64,000 bases of DNA from Lophium mytilinum (lineage: Eukaryota), in assembly GCA_010093605.1 (NCBI GenBank), contig MU004188.1, forward strand, positions 313,673 through 377,672, read 5' to 3'. The notes beneath the pieces are model-generated. The model worked only from the letters and a program-made list of their open reading frames with translations. It was not told where the DNA came from and ran no database searches. Below are positions 34,367 to 45,900 of the stretch, piece after piece. A program made the translations under genes and the position numbers. Each line of letters opens with the position of its first letter. Within the stretch, counting starts at the first letter, position 1.

Positions 34367-36660
34367 CTTGGCCGCAATCTTCTAGGACGATGGTCCTCGG
34401 GAGGTTAATTGAATAGCTGAGGATATAGAGAAAGATTAAAAATATGACTTCATGAGCTAGGATTGAGAGCCAGGGTGAGAAGCTGGTGTGGCGGTGGGGG
34501 GATCAGGTTTATGTGGGGAGTAGGAAGACGCAGATAAGTGCGGGTGGAGCTGAGGACTTTTCATTGTGAGCACAAGCTGCAGAGCTCGGCCGTTACAGGG
34601 GACAGACCCTACTAAGGTTCTAGTGGTGAATGGCTCCATGAGGTTGTCAGTGGAGGGGGCACGACAGCAGGATGCGTGCCCAGACACTGGCCGGCATCGG
34701 GGTCTCCAAACGATCGTGGGCCGCGTGAATAGTCTGCATCTCGAGGGTGTCCGTGGACCACCTACCGCATTGCGCTTACGGTGGATCGAGTGCAAAATGG
34801 GTGCGGATGTTGATGATCATGGTGGTGAATTTTGAGTGATGTCCGTGCCCAGTGGTCCTTTTCCCGTCCCGAACCTCTCCCCAACCTCCCCACCGTTCTC
34901 CCCACCGCCGCCAGAGCACAGCTTCTTCCCCATAGGACCTCACGGCGCCTGACTTGGTATTTTACATATTGCCACCTAAATCTGTACTCCTTGTCTCCTT
35001 CCATGAGCTGTTTCGTTTGCCTGTTAGCTGCCGTTCGGCATGACCGATGATAGTTTTACGTAGGGGCATATCGTGGCCTGTTGTCGCGATACGCCCGTTT
35101 GTCTTGGGATTCTTGGACCTCTTGGACTACTTGGCCGCCAAACATCCAGGAAAACCTTGCCCCGCGACCGCCGACGAGGTTTCTATGTCGCATCCGGGTG
35201 CCACCGATTGAATCAGCCACCAGCCGCTCAAGCACAGTGCAACTCAGAACAGCGGCCTTTTCGCTCAATCAACGCTACTGGATCCTATGTCGTGTTTCCA
35301 TCGATAGCGAGCCCATATCGACTGATGATCAGCAGTTTTCACCGCTCCATCGTGCCGTTTCAACGAAGCAGCGTGGCAGCATCTCTAGCCGAGAGCGTGG
35401 CATCGCTCAATCCCAGTCCCGTCCTCAGGGCAGCCCCGAATTCATGCTCTTGTGCATCTAACGCTACCGTTAACAGAAGAAAGGTTCCCCAAAAAGAAGA
35501 GCCTCACGGCACTCTGCGTGAAGAGCTGTTCCACAACCCTCGCCTCGACCTTGAAGCATGCATCACGCGCCGGCCTGGGGAAGCAGCCCGGCAGTGAGAA
35601 TGCAACACGCTATCTCCACCCAGCCGCTCCGCAGTCAGAACATGTCAAATTCACTGTCTATAGCGACGGAACTATACGCCTTATGAGTTTTGATTTAAAG
35701 CCTTGATCGGGTTCTGTCTAGGACGGGTGTCTAATTTAGCAGTAAACATGGGACATTTCGTCGGTCTGCAGTAATTCTCGATCAACCCTGACTGCTTGCT
35801 TCTTCATCTTCAACTAATGGCAGGCTGGTCAACTGCGCTGCAGCTACTTCTTCACAGAAAAAGAAAACATCAAGCTCGTCCAAGCAGCTGGGGCCCTCGT
35901 TTACCACGTTCCAAGACACCAGTCGGCCTTCCCTGTTGCACAATCGAATCACCCGCATGCGATAGCTGCAGCGTCATCCGCAGGCGGCTTACCCGCACAG
36001 CAGTAGCGCGGCGATCTTGATAACAACGTTTCATCTCCTATCGCCGGCTGCCAGATCTAACCCCAAGCAAACGGGTGCGGGTAGAAGATGCTCAATCAAG
36101 GCATCGGAACCCGCGACTGCGAATTTAACGCACCCCATCTAGGTGTTTGCCCGCCTTAATAAGAGAACTATTTCCCTCAGTTGGCTTCGCCCAAGCGACA
36201 TGGCTCTAAACCTGCATTGAGATGCGTTCTGCTTTAAAAATAATCTCAGCTGAAGCAAGGGCGGAGGAGACATCAATCTATTAATGGCATGAATATTCAA
36301 CAAGTCGGTTAGTCGTAAGACGGAATCCGTGGTAAATCAGAGGGTCTTTGTTACGATGTCTTGGGCTGAGCTTAGTGATACTCATGACTAACAACAACAA
36401 GAGCATACGAGACTTATTCATCAGAACGACGCGCACGAAGGGAAAGGTATGAAACTAGAAGCACAAGAGTGGCAATGAGACCATATTAGAAGCCTACAAT
36501 CGAATAGCAGAAGCCATCCCGCTTTCTTATGAACGAGCGCAAGACTTCGGAATTTCCAAAAAAATATCACCAACATCGAAAGATTGAAAACCCATGAGCA
36601 CTACGCAAGGAAAGAGATCGAATGCACCATCTCTTCCACCTAAAACCTGGCCTGAATCTA

Positions 36661-38266
36661 TCATCCATTTCTACAAGTACAAGATGCCACCGGTCGATGG
36701 CCCTGCCTTGTATGGTCCAGCAACTTGTCCTTACGATAGAACCGTTTGACGCACCCTGGCTCCGGGCATACGAAAGTCCTCTCGGTCGCGCTGTGTTTGC
36801 GTACATGTCTGTCTCGATCCGCACGTCGACCAAAGGACCGCCCGGAGCAGCCAGGGTGCGGACACGTGAAACGTTGGCCCTTTCGCCGGACTTTATTGTT
36901 CGACCGCTGATAGGAACGGTCTTGATCTTGATCTTGATCTTCGTCTTCAGCTTCATCTCCAACTCCGTCTTCATATTCATCTTCAATGATGTGAGATGGT
37001 CGTCTCCGTTTTAGATCTCTATGCATGCCGCAAGGATCCTCCGGCGGCGCAATTCGCGCTTGCGCTTTCCTGGCCGCAGAATGCGGAAGGTGATGCGGAG
37101 TCGACTTCACGGCAGACGGCTGATAGACTTCGAGGATCTCCTGAAGCTGCTAAAGAGTTAGGAATATGAGATTATGGTCAAAATGAACAGGCTCACCTGT
37201 TCCTCCGTCAGGTCATACGGCAGACTGGAAACTGCGGATTCGTTTCGAGGAAAAAAATAATTAGATAAATGGTCATGCTGCGTCCCGGCCGTCATTCGGT
37301 TGCGCCTGGTACTCGAGATTGTTCGAATGGATTCCCCGCAAGCTTGTGGCGATACTAAGGCGAATCTAGAATCCGCATCGCTACTGACTGGGCCAAGAGT
37401 ATGACCGTCGGATCTGTATCGAGTTAATCGAATGAAAGTCAGATTGTGGATCGGGCTCACTTACTCCGCAGAGAGAACTAGAATAGGTTCTACGCCTTGC
37501 TCATGAGGTTGCTTGGTTGGGAAGAATGTGAAGTTTTGGGGCTCTGCAAGATCGAGTCCTTCCAATAAATTACTGATTTCGAATTAGTCTATACCCTCGG
37601 AAGGAGTGTCCGAGTAACAAACTCATTGAGAGAATCCGAGAACGACGGAGGACTCGCAGTATCCGCTACCATTACCATCCGGTTGCCTGAATCTATCTCC
37701 ATACAATTCAAAAGATTGTTATCAGCGCTCCCGGCTTCAGTTCCGTTTGGGGACAGAATATTTCGTTTGCTGAGCATGTCCCACGAACCATGAACGTGTT
37801 CGGCAGAAAAGGCTCCGAAGGGCAGCTGTGCTGAGGTGTCAAGATCGAAGCTTGAGTTTTGGAAAGGTTGCACGGTTTGCGTGACGGTCTGAAAGTCGCA
37901 ACCGGGAGCTTCGAATAAATGCCCAGTCGGGAGACAGGGTGCTAAGCAGCTGGGGTTACTGCAGCTGGGGTTGCTGCAGCATTCATCGTCTTCGATGAGG
38001 TTGACGAAAGAACTGCATGAAATCTTGTAGCCGAGCTTGGTGCGGGCAAGTATGAAGGAGCGCGGGGGGTCATTTATGTTAGGTTCGTATCCGGGGTGAA
38101 CCTCTAGGTCTGCTGGTAATTCTAACACTGATGGAAGAGCACTGCTAAAAGTAAGCCGATTTGAAGGAATACCGGATGAAGAGCCAGAAGCCATACCCCT
38201 CCGAAGCTTCCGCCATGTTCTGGGTCTCAAGCCCTGGCCCATCTTTGTTGTCGAAACCAAATCCAT
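36661..38266 (-). CDS. C2H2 zinc-finger protein (two C-terminal fingers); 5' exon model uncertain
   Basis: FTCPHPGCSGRSFGRRADRDRHVRKH and FVCPEPGCVKRFYRKDKLLDHTRQGH follow an acidic EDEDQDQDQD tract. Upstream open segments are separated by GT..AG introns. Confidence 0.7.
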
Positions 38267-40016
38267 CGGGCAAGCTACGAGGATAAGCTTGCTGACCGAA
38301 ACTGTCCGGGTGGTACTCGAACTCGTGCTGAGCGTGGTAACTTGAAGTCTGATTTCCGGCTATCTGTAAGTACTATGCCTGGCACTATCGCTTTGAAGAT
38401 TAGGGTTAGATGTGAATTCCACTCACTCGTGCTAATGGTTCAGTAACATACTTTATGTCTGAACCATCAGCACGAGCATAGCTCGGGATGCAAACAACAT
38501 AAGGCGATTGAGTACCTCGGTCCAGCATCATCCGAGGCGAGACAGACATATTCAGATTCACCTCGGAGACTGGGGAGGTACGTATCTAGCACGAGAGATA
38601 CCTAGGGAGTTTTAAGGCTTGGATACCCCGACCACGGAGGTTCGGACCTAGATTGGGCTTTAACTCCCAATAAATCGCCCTACGTTGAGTGCACTGCTGA
38701 GGTCTTCCGGTCCAGGTTCAATTAGGGCTGTTCCAATCCGGGTTGGGGGGCCTTGGGTACTGAAATCCGTCCAAATCCGGAAGGATGACTATTAACAGGC
38801 ACTCTCAAACACTAGCTTCCGCAAAATAGTAGGTCCTTTCTGACTAAGAACTTATTCCACTCATAAAACCATTCGATTTGGTCTGGCTCCAGGTCACCGG
38901 AAGTATCCAACTAGCAGGGAACTCCAAAAGCGACTGGCAGAAGTTCTATTTCAAATTCGTCCGGTGCGTTCCAAGCAATCGAAGAAGTTCCACGTAGCCT
39001 TGACGATTGGGAATTGTCTGTTGCGTTCACCACGTGAATCGTGGGGTTGTCGTCCTTGGGTCCTCGTCGAATTCCGTTTGGATACGGCAGTAAGGCGGAA
39101 AGCAAGAAATAAGACGTTAGCGGTAATGAGAAGTTTCGAAGAGCGGGCTACAGGCGGGGATTAAGTACGACCGCCCACGGCCACATGCCCTCGCCAGCTC
39201 GACGGCCCTGACAGGATTGCGGCTGAGCACTCTCAGCAGGCATTGATTGATCTATTGGGCCGAAACGACGCCCCTCTGAAGAAAGGGCGTCGTGGCGCTG
39301 AAGGACTGCTGCATTATGGCATGACTTGGCCATGCGCAACACTTCCTCAACGAATCAAGCCCGCGAACGAGACGGCAGCGTGGGCCTGTGACGGAGGGGC
39401 ACCAGGAGGGCTAATTCGCCCGGGCAAATGTAAAGCAGACAGGCAAGAAGGCAAAAAAGGCAGCGGGTCAGGCTGGGTCACATGATACTGATTGAGGATG
39501 GACTATCCTAAACGGGTTCACAGACAGACTTTAAGAGAAGTGTGTAAGATTACAACCAGCAAGATCCACTCGCATTTCGTGAATCTAGTCATCGGGGAGT
39601 CGATGATGTCCTTGAAGTCAATATGGCAAGAGACACAAGTTCCCAGAAAGGTAGGGCATGGTGAAATTGAGTGGTGAAAGGTGAAGAACACAGTGACAAA
39701 TGAATTCTTGGCGTCTTCTAAGCGACTAAGATTCCATTCCAATGGTTAAGATATCCAAATTACTCAGATACGTAAGGCTCGGCATGAGTAAGAGTAGAAA
39801 AGCGTGGACTACAAACTGCCAAGATTCCGTTCGAAGATTTCAATCCTCTGTATCTGACACTTAATAAATGCTTCCATTTTTGTTCACCTACCATAGCTCG
39901 CATACTTCGAATGAATGTATTCTTTCATAGCCTGATAGTCGGTCATATTGCTCGTCAATGCTCAACCCGCATACCTTACCCCGACAGTAGACCATATCTA
40001 GACCCCGAACTCTCCT

Positions 40017-42533
40017 TTAGTCTACCTCATCCTCTACCTCAACGATCCTCCCCTCCTTCTCCTTCTCCACAAGAATCTTCAAAGCCTCTACCGCCGTCGC
40101 GATAACCTCCTGCCGTCGACTCTTCGTCAACACCCCTTTAAGAATCGCAACCCCATTTTTCTCTCCAACCACCTCCACAGCCTTCTTCCCTACCTCCCCG
40201 CCCGCTCCCACCAAGCTTCGCACACACACAACACCCCTATGTCGCACATCTTCATTCTCATCCTCACACAACCCTAGCAGAATCTGCACACCCCGCTCCT
40301 TGCCCAGCACCACCTCGACAACAGGGTCGAAACCAAGTAACATAGCCAGAGCTCCTCCAGCCGCCGACCTTGTCTTCAAGTCCTCAACATCCGCCATCGC
40401 CAGCAAGATATGCAGCCGGTTCCCCGCGCGCTTGCTGCCATCGGCGAATCTCTCGATGCCGAGAGGCGAGAGGACGAGGTTGCAGATCAGCTCCACGCTC
40501 GCACGCTGCACGAGCGTGTTCTCCGAGAGCACCAAATCGTCCATAATCGTGTCCCACGCAAGCCTAATAATCGTGTCGCGGCTCGTGTCGTCCGTGCTCG
40601 CGAGGTTCGTGAGCGCGAGCAGTGCCTCAAACGTCTGCAGGAGGTTCGCAGATTTGGCGTCCTGATCTGGTTTCAGGAGGAGGATGAGGGGGCGGATGGC
40701 GTTGGTTGCAGGAAGGGCAGATGCAGCGGAGAAGACGTGGGTGGGGTTGACGGAGATGAGGATGCGAGCCAGGGCGTGGGCGGCGGCGCGGTTAGAGGCA
40801 GGGGAGTAGGAGGACGCCTGGGGATGCTCTTCAGCGTGGATGTGGTCCCAGATGTGGATGATTAGCTTGACAGCGCCTTGTTGCGCCATGAGGCCGCGGT
40901 GCTTTTGTTCTTGGGAGAGTGAGAGGAGGATATGCAGCATTTGGGAGAGGACGCTGGGCGAGGCGCGCTTGCTGGAGGCGACGAGGAGGGGGACGATGCC
41001 TGAGGCGAGGACTTTGTTGCAGCGGGTGGTGACGTGTGATTCGTCTTCGTAGGGGTCGGGGTCGGAGGGTTTGGAGGCGTTGGCGTAGACTTTTAGCTGG
41101 GCCATACGTTTCTCCTCTTCGGATTGGAAGGGGAGGTAGGTGGTTATGTTGACGAAGATTGTCAAGCCACCAAATAAGACTGGCTTCGCTGCTTCCGGGT
41201 CGGCCATTGTTTCTATGAGGCGGAGTAGGAATGGGTGATCGTTTGCGAGATTCTCTCGGACTTTAGGTTGTAATGAAGCGTACGCGAGACCTTCGACTGA
41301 GTCTTGTTTGCTGGTATTATCAGCGCTGAGAACCATGCCCTTGAATCTTGATATCAAATCATCTTGGTCGACCTTTCCTGGAACAACGATCTGGGGAACT
41401 GTGCCGGATGCTTTCTCCTCGCCTAGTTTCATGAGGATCAAAGCCGCCAGATTTGATCGCCGTCGGTCGACACCAGCTTCGACGACATCCTCTAGCCATT
41501 CCCTGCAGTGACGATTGATAGCTTCTCGACATGTTTTGTCGACACAAGCTGCGCTGATTAGCTCTAGAGCAGCCTGCTCTAATCTCACGCTCTTTTTGCT
41601 TTGCACGAGAGGGACTAAGCTGCTGATGAAGCCTTCCGTGAGAAACAGAGCTGCAGCAACAGATGTCGTGATTGGAAAGATAGCTGCGGCAGCAGAAAAA
41701 GCGACAGTGAGACCATCCGTAGTCGGCCTTGAAACTCGAGACGTGACAAATTTGGAAATGAGGCTTTGAGCAGTGGCTGGAGCAAGCTCGAGAAGTTTGA
41801 TGGTAGCCAGAGTTGCCTGGCTACGCAGGCTGTTAGGTAGTCGGATATCTAGCGCTGCGAGAATGACATCGAAGCTGTCCGAGTCGATGATGCCTTTCAG
41901 ATGGGAAGCATGCGCAGCAAGCAATCGGGCGATGGCTTTCATTGCACGTTCCGGATGGTCCAGAGCTTCCTCCATCATCATCGCCAACGAGAGCATAAAA
42001 GAGTCGCGATGGCCTTGGATCCAGGTTGCATCTGTAGGCCAAGCAGCGCGGTTAAGAAGCACCTGGAGAAGCCCGTCCATGCTATCGTCGCCTCGCTCGA
42101 AGAATTGGTAGTAGGCCTCAGTCGGATGATCTTTGATGAACGTCGCCAGTACATTTTGGGCAGTCTGATACTTCAATAACTCTCCAGTAACGTGATCAAG
42201 GGTGTCGCATTCGCCCTTGTACGCGTTCAAGATGCTCATGGCATGCTCCGCGACTTCGTTAGTTAGCCGCACGCCTTTGATCTCTTTCAGCGCCTTCTCG
42301 CCATCATTTTCATCGCGGCTGTGCACCCATTGAGTGCAGATGTCCAACAGCGGGCTTTTGCTCTCCTCCTCTTTCAAGTAGACCCACGCGGCTTTGACTT
42401 TCTGGTTTTGTGGTGCGATAGACGTTGCTTCGCGAAGCGCGCGCGCGGCATCTGGCAATTTTCCTACCTTTACGGCGGCGGTGGCGGACTGAGCGAGCTG
42501 CTCTGCCCGCTCGTCCTCGGTAGTTGTGGCCAT
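40017..42533 (-). CDS. SHE4: UCS-domain myosin chaperone (She4/CRO1/UNC-45)
   Basis: Intronless ~838 aa. ALELISAACVDKTCR, SVEGLAYASLQPKV, HRGLMAQQGAVK, AAHALARILISVNP, FEALLALTNLAS, VQRASVELICNL and AAGGALAML. Confidence 0.92.
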   Translation of the reverse strand: MATTTEDERAEQLAQSATAAVKVGKLPDAARALREATSIAPQNQKVKAAWVYLKEEESKSPLLDICTQWVHSRDENDGEKALKEIKGVRLTNEVAEHAMSILNAYKGECDTLDHVTGELLKYQTAQNVLATFIKDHPTEAYYQFFERGDDSMDGLLQVLLNRAAWPTDATWIQGHRDSFMLSLAMMMEEALDHPERAMKAIARLLAAHASHLKGIIDSDSFDVILAALDIRLPNSLRSQATLATIKLLELAPATAQSLISKFVTSRVSRPTTDGLTVAFSAAAAIFPITTSVAAALFLTEGFISSLVPLVQSKKSVRLEQAALELISAACVDKTCREAINRHCREWLEDVVEAGVDRRRSNLAALILMKLGEEKASGTVPQIVVPGKVDQDDLISRFKGMVLSADNTSKQDSVEGLAYASLQPKVRENLANDHPFLLRLIETMADPEAAKPVLFGGLTIFVNITTYLPFQSEEEKRMAQLKVYANASKPSDPDPYEDESHVTTRCNKVLASGIVPLLVASSKRASPSVLSQMLHILLSLSQEQKHRGLMAQQGAVKLIIHIWDHIHAEEHPQASSYSPASNRAAAHALARILISVNPTHVFSAASALPATNAIRPLILLLKPDQDAKSANLLQTFEALLALTNLASTDDTSRDTIIRLAWDTIMDDLVLSENTLVQRASVELICNLVLSPLGIERFADGSKRAGNRLHILLAMADVEDLKTRSAAGGALAMLLGFDPVVEVVLGKERGVQILLGLCEDENEDVRHRGVVCVRSLVGAGGEVGKKAVEVVGEKNGVAILKGVLTKSRRQEVIATAVEALKILVEKEKEGRIVEVEDEVD

Positions 42534-42951
42534 AGTGAAACGGATTTGGGGTTGGAGGACATGGTGGAAGGATTGCAGGGCATGTGAAGTTGATAAAGAG
42601 TGGTCGAGATCACGGGAGAGGCATTTGAGTTTGGGGGTCCGCTCCGACCCCACCCCACGCGTTCGAGACAACATGACATCGGGTGACTACTAGGTAGTAG
42701 ATTATTTCAATGCGTCACCGCACCACTGCAAGCGCGGAAGATAACATGGAAGCTCTACCAAATGTCTATTCATGATAATACAACCGCCAGGAGGGCTTTT
42801 GAAATATATCCGCGACGCCTAGTAACGACAATGCCTCATGATACATTATACCCCACACCGGAGGCCCAAAAACAAACCATTACTCCCCGAGAACACCAAC
42901 AGTATGCATCTATTACCCGAGACAAAGTGGCACAAGACCCGAGCCAAGCGT

Positions 42952-45900
42952 TCACCCCGTTTCCTGCGTTATTTCGATCTCATCAGGACACCGCTTCGCC
43001 TTTTTAATGATACCCAAATCCCGCAGTCGCTCCCAAACCTCATCTTTTTTCAACACATCTCGAGAATCGAAAGGCAGGCCATCAAGGTCCTGTAAACTGG
43101 CACAATTGGTCGCCATCATCATCTCATGCACGCGACGCCTGAGCCGTGTTCCCTCGTCTAGGTTTTTGAGAAATTTGTTGTCGCTCATCCGGTTGCTCGC
43201 GGGAAGACTAAACGGCTCCAATTCTTCGCCTTGGAAGACTCCATCTTTGAGGGCAACTAACCGATTCTCTATAGCCGGAGGGTAGAATCCGAGCGTGAGA
43301 GGGTTGTCGCGAAGATCAATCTTTGTCAACGAAGTCAACTTAGACAGCACCGCCAAGTTTTTGCGCAACTGGGCAAGCCGATTGCCAGCAATCAAGAGCT
43401 CCTGAAGTCTCTTGATATTGAGAAGTGGACGTAGATCTTTCAACGCGTTGAAGTTCAGATTCAAGAAGCGAATGTTAGGAGCCATTTGTCCAAGATCTGA
43501 TGGAAGCGACTGCAGGCCAGACGCCGCCAATTCCAGCCGCTGGAGGTTGAGGAAGTCGTGATTCATCGCAAACGTCGGCATGGCGTTCGCTGACAAGTAG
43601 AGGTTGCGAATATCCGAATGGCGTACCAGCGGTTGCGTGTCCGATGCCCCAGACAATCCTTCGACGTACTGTTCCCTCGCCGACAGCGTCCGCAGGTATT
43701 TCAGACTGTCCAAGCCCGTGATCTCAGTGAGACCGTTCTTGTCTACGTATAAAGACTCAAGGCTTGGAAACGATTTGCTGACGTCTAGCACTTCAAGCGT
43801 GTTGCTGCATAGTCGCAATGACCGGAGGGACCGACAAGGTGTTGAGCTGGGGTCCGAAATCGGGAACTCGCGCAGGGAGTTATCGTCTAAAAAATATGAG
43901 CTATGTTTACTTGTAGTAAGATAGGTACACTCACCGAGATTCAGATGCCTAAGCTGTGGCAAGCAGTGAACATTCTTTATCTCTAACATGTTGTTTCCAG
44001 ACAGATCCAGATCCACCAGGGAAATTCTACTATTGTCAGTATTTTCCAACTGTATAGGAAGACACCAAACTTACAACTTGGAGAAATCGAAGTCCACAGT
44101 CTCGACTCTGTTCCGTCGTACACTCAATTCAATCAATCCATCCATTTCTAGCACGCCGTCGAAAGACTCGATCTGATTATCGTCGGCCTTCAAAGTCCTG
44201 AGGTGTATGAGTTTGCTAACGCCTTTCAGGCTATCTAGGTCATTTTGAGAAATGTCCAGATATTGCAAGTTCATCAGGTAGCTCCATGACGTGAGGCTTG
44301 TTAAAGCATTGTCCTGTATCTTTAGGCGTCGAATAGTTGAAGGCGCGCCGTTGAGCTGGCTGATACCATTCTTCGAAACATCGAGATCCTCAACTCGACA
44401 ACAGAACTCGTCCAACCTATGCAGATTGGGAAGTCCTTTGTCGTGCAAGTCTAAGTCGCGGAGATCCTCCCAATAAGGCTCATCGGGTTCAACATCCTGT
44501 AAAGCTTTGACCAATTCGGCTGTTCCCAAAGCATAGCGGTCCTCTAGCTGTCTTATAGAGCCATCTCGCCTGACAATCACTCGGTCCGGGAGCTCCCGCT
44601 CATCGACCTGGTTGACTGTGAAATCCGGCAAGTCGCTAAGCATGAATGTGACGTCTGCTACCCCCCCTGGAGTTGGCGGTGTCGGAATGAGAGCATGCTG
44701 GCCATGTCGAGCCAACCGTGGAGCGGAAACGCTGACTGACATCTTCATGCGGCGAATTGAATCGTCAACGATAGGCATCTCTCCGTTTTCATCGATTGGT
44801 GGGACAGCTGCCGCGAAGAATGGTACGGCGCCTGAGCGGAAAGTACTCTTCGACTTGGTTTTAATAGTGGACGAATTTCGAGGCTCATTCGCAGTCCTTG
44901 CTTCGAATTGACTCGCATGCTCAGCCTCACCGAGTTTGAACGCGTCCGAATGCATGCGTGGTGCGTAAGGGGACGAGAAGGTGATTGTAACATCGCGAAG
45001 CCGCGCATTAGTCGGACCTATCGGTGCGGTAGTGCGACCTTCGTTGATTTGTATCTCATGCTCGACGTCTTCTCTCTGGATTTGCCTCGTTTGCTGAAGC
45101 CTTGATTGTACGTAGATCTTCTCAGTTGCTCTAAGATTAGCATCTTGCTCACTCCAGGATGTAGCTCGAGTTTCGACTTGAGGTCCACTCCATGCGAGAT
45201 TGGAAAATTTCGATGGGACAGAGCTGCTGTCTACAGGTGGAATCGCTTTGCCATCCCGTGTTTCCGGTCTAGTGTCGTCTTGTAGGCTTGGTTCCGGTCG
45301 CTCCTCGAGATCGTCTCCGTCTGGCATTTGGGCGCTGCGTGGCTCCTTGGAAGGAGCTTCCTGCATCTCATCCACCGTAAGATCAGGTATGTTTCCGAAC
45401 GGGTCGTCCTCACTTTCGTTGGTAGAACTGATATCCGCAAAATATTTCTTTTCTTTCACGGGACTCTTACTTTTCACCCATATCCCCTTTTCGCGATCAA
45501 AGCTCATACCAGCGACTTGCTCGGGAATCAAATGCGCGACAGCTTCAGGAGCCAAGGTGGCTACATGATCGGAGCGACGAGAAGTGTTGGTGACGACAGT
45601 CCTACCAAAAGAAGATCCGTTAGATGGTTGAGATCCCTGAGTTCTTGGCCCCGATTCTATGGATCCATACGACCCATGGGAATGATATCCGGACTGGCCG
45701 TGGTTGACGTTCTTCGTAATCCGAATGTTGTTTTGTTGAACAGCAACGTTCTCATTTGTGCCATGCTCGAATTCCCTTGATCGACCAAGCTTTAAGGATT
45801 GTATTGAGGACGCCATGAATTCATCAGAATCCTTATCCTGAAATTTCTGCAGGTGGCTGGCAACGCGAGCATCGATTTCTTTCTGGCGTTGTGGCATCCT

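Noticed and set aside
36918..37980. 6-bp (DQ/ED) and 15-bp (CSNPS x2) coding microrepeats in the C2H2 gene
   Set aside because: Ordinary slippage repeats in a disordered region.
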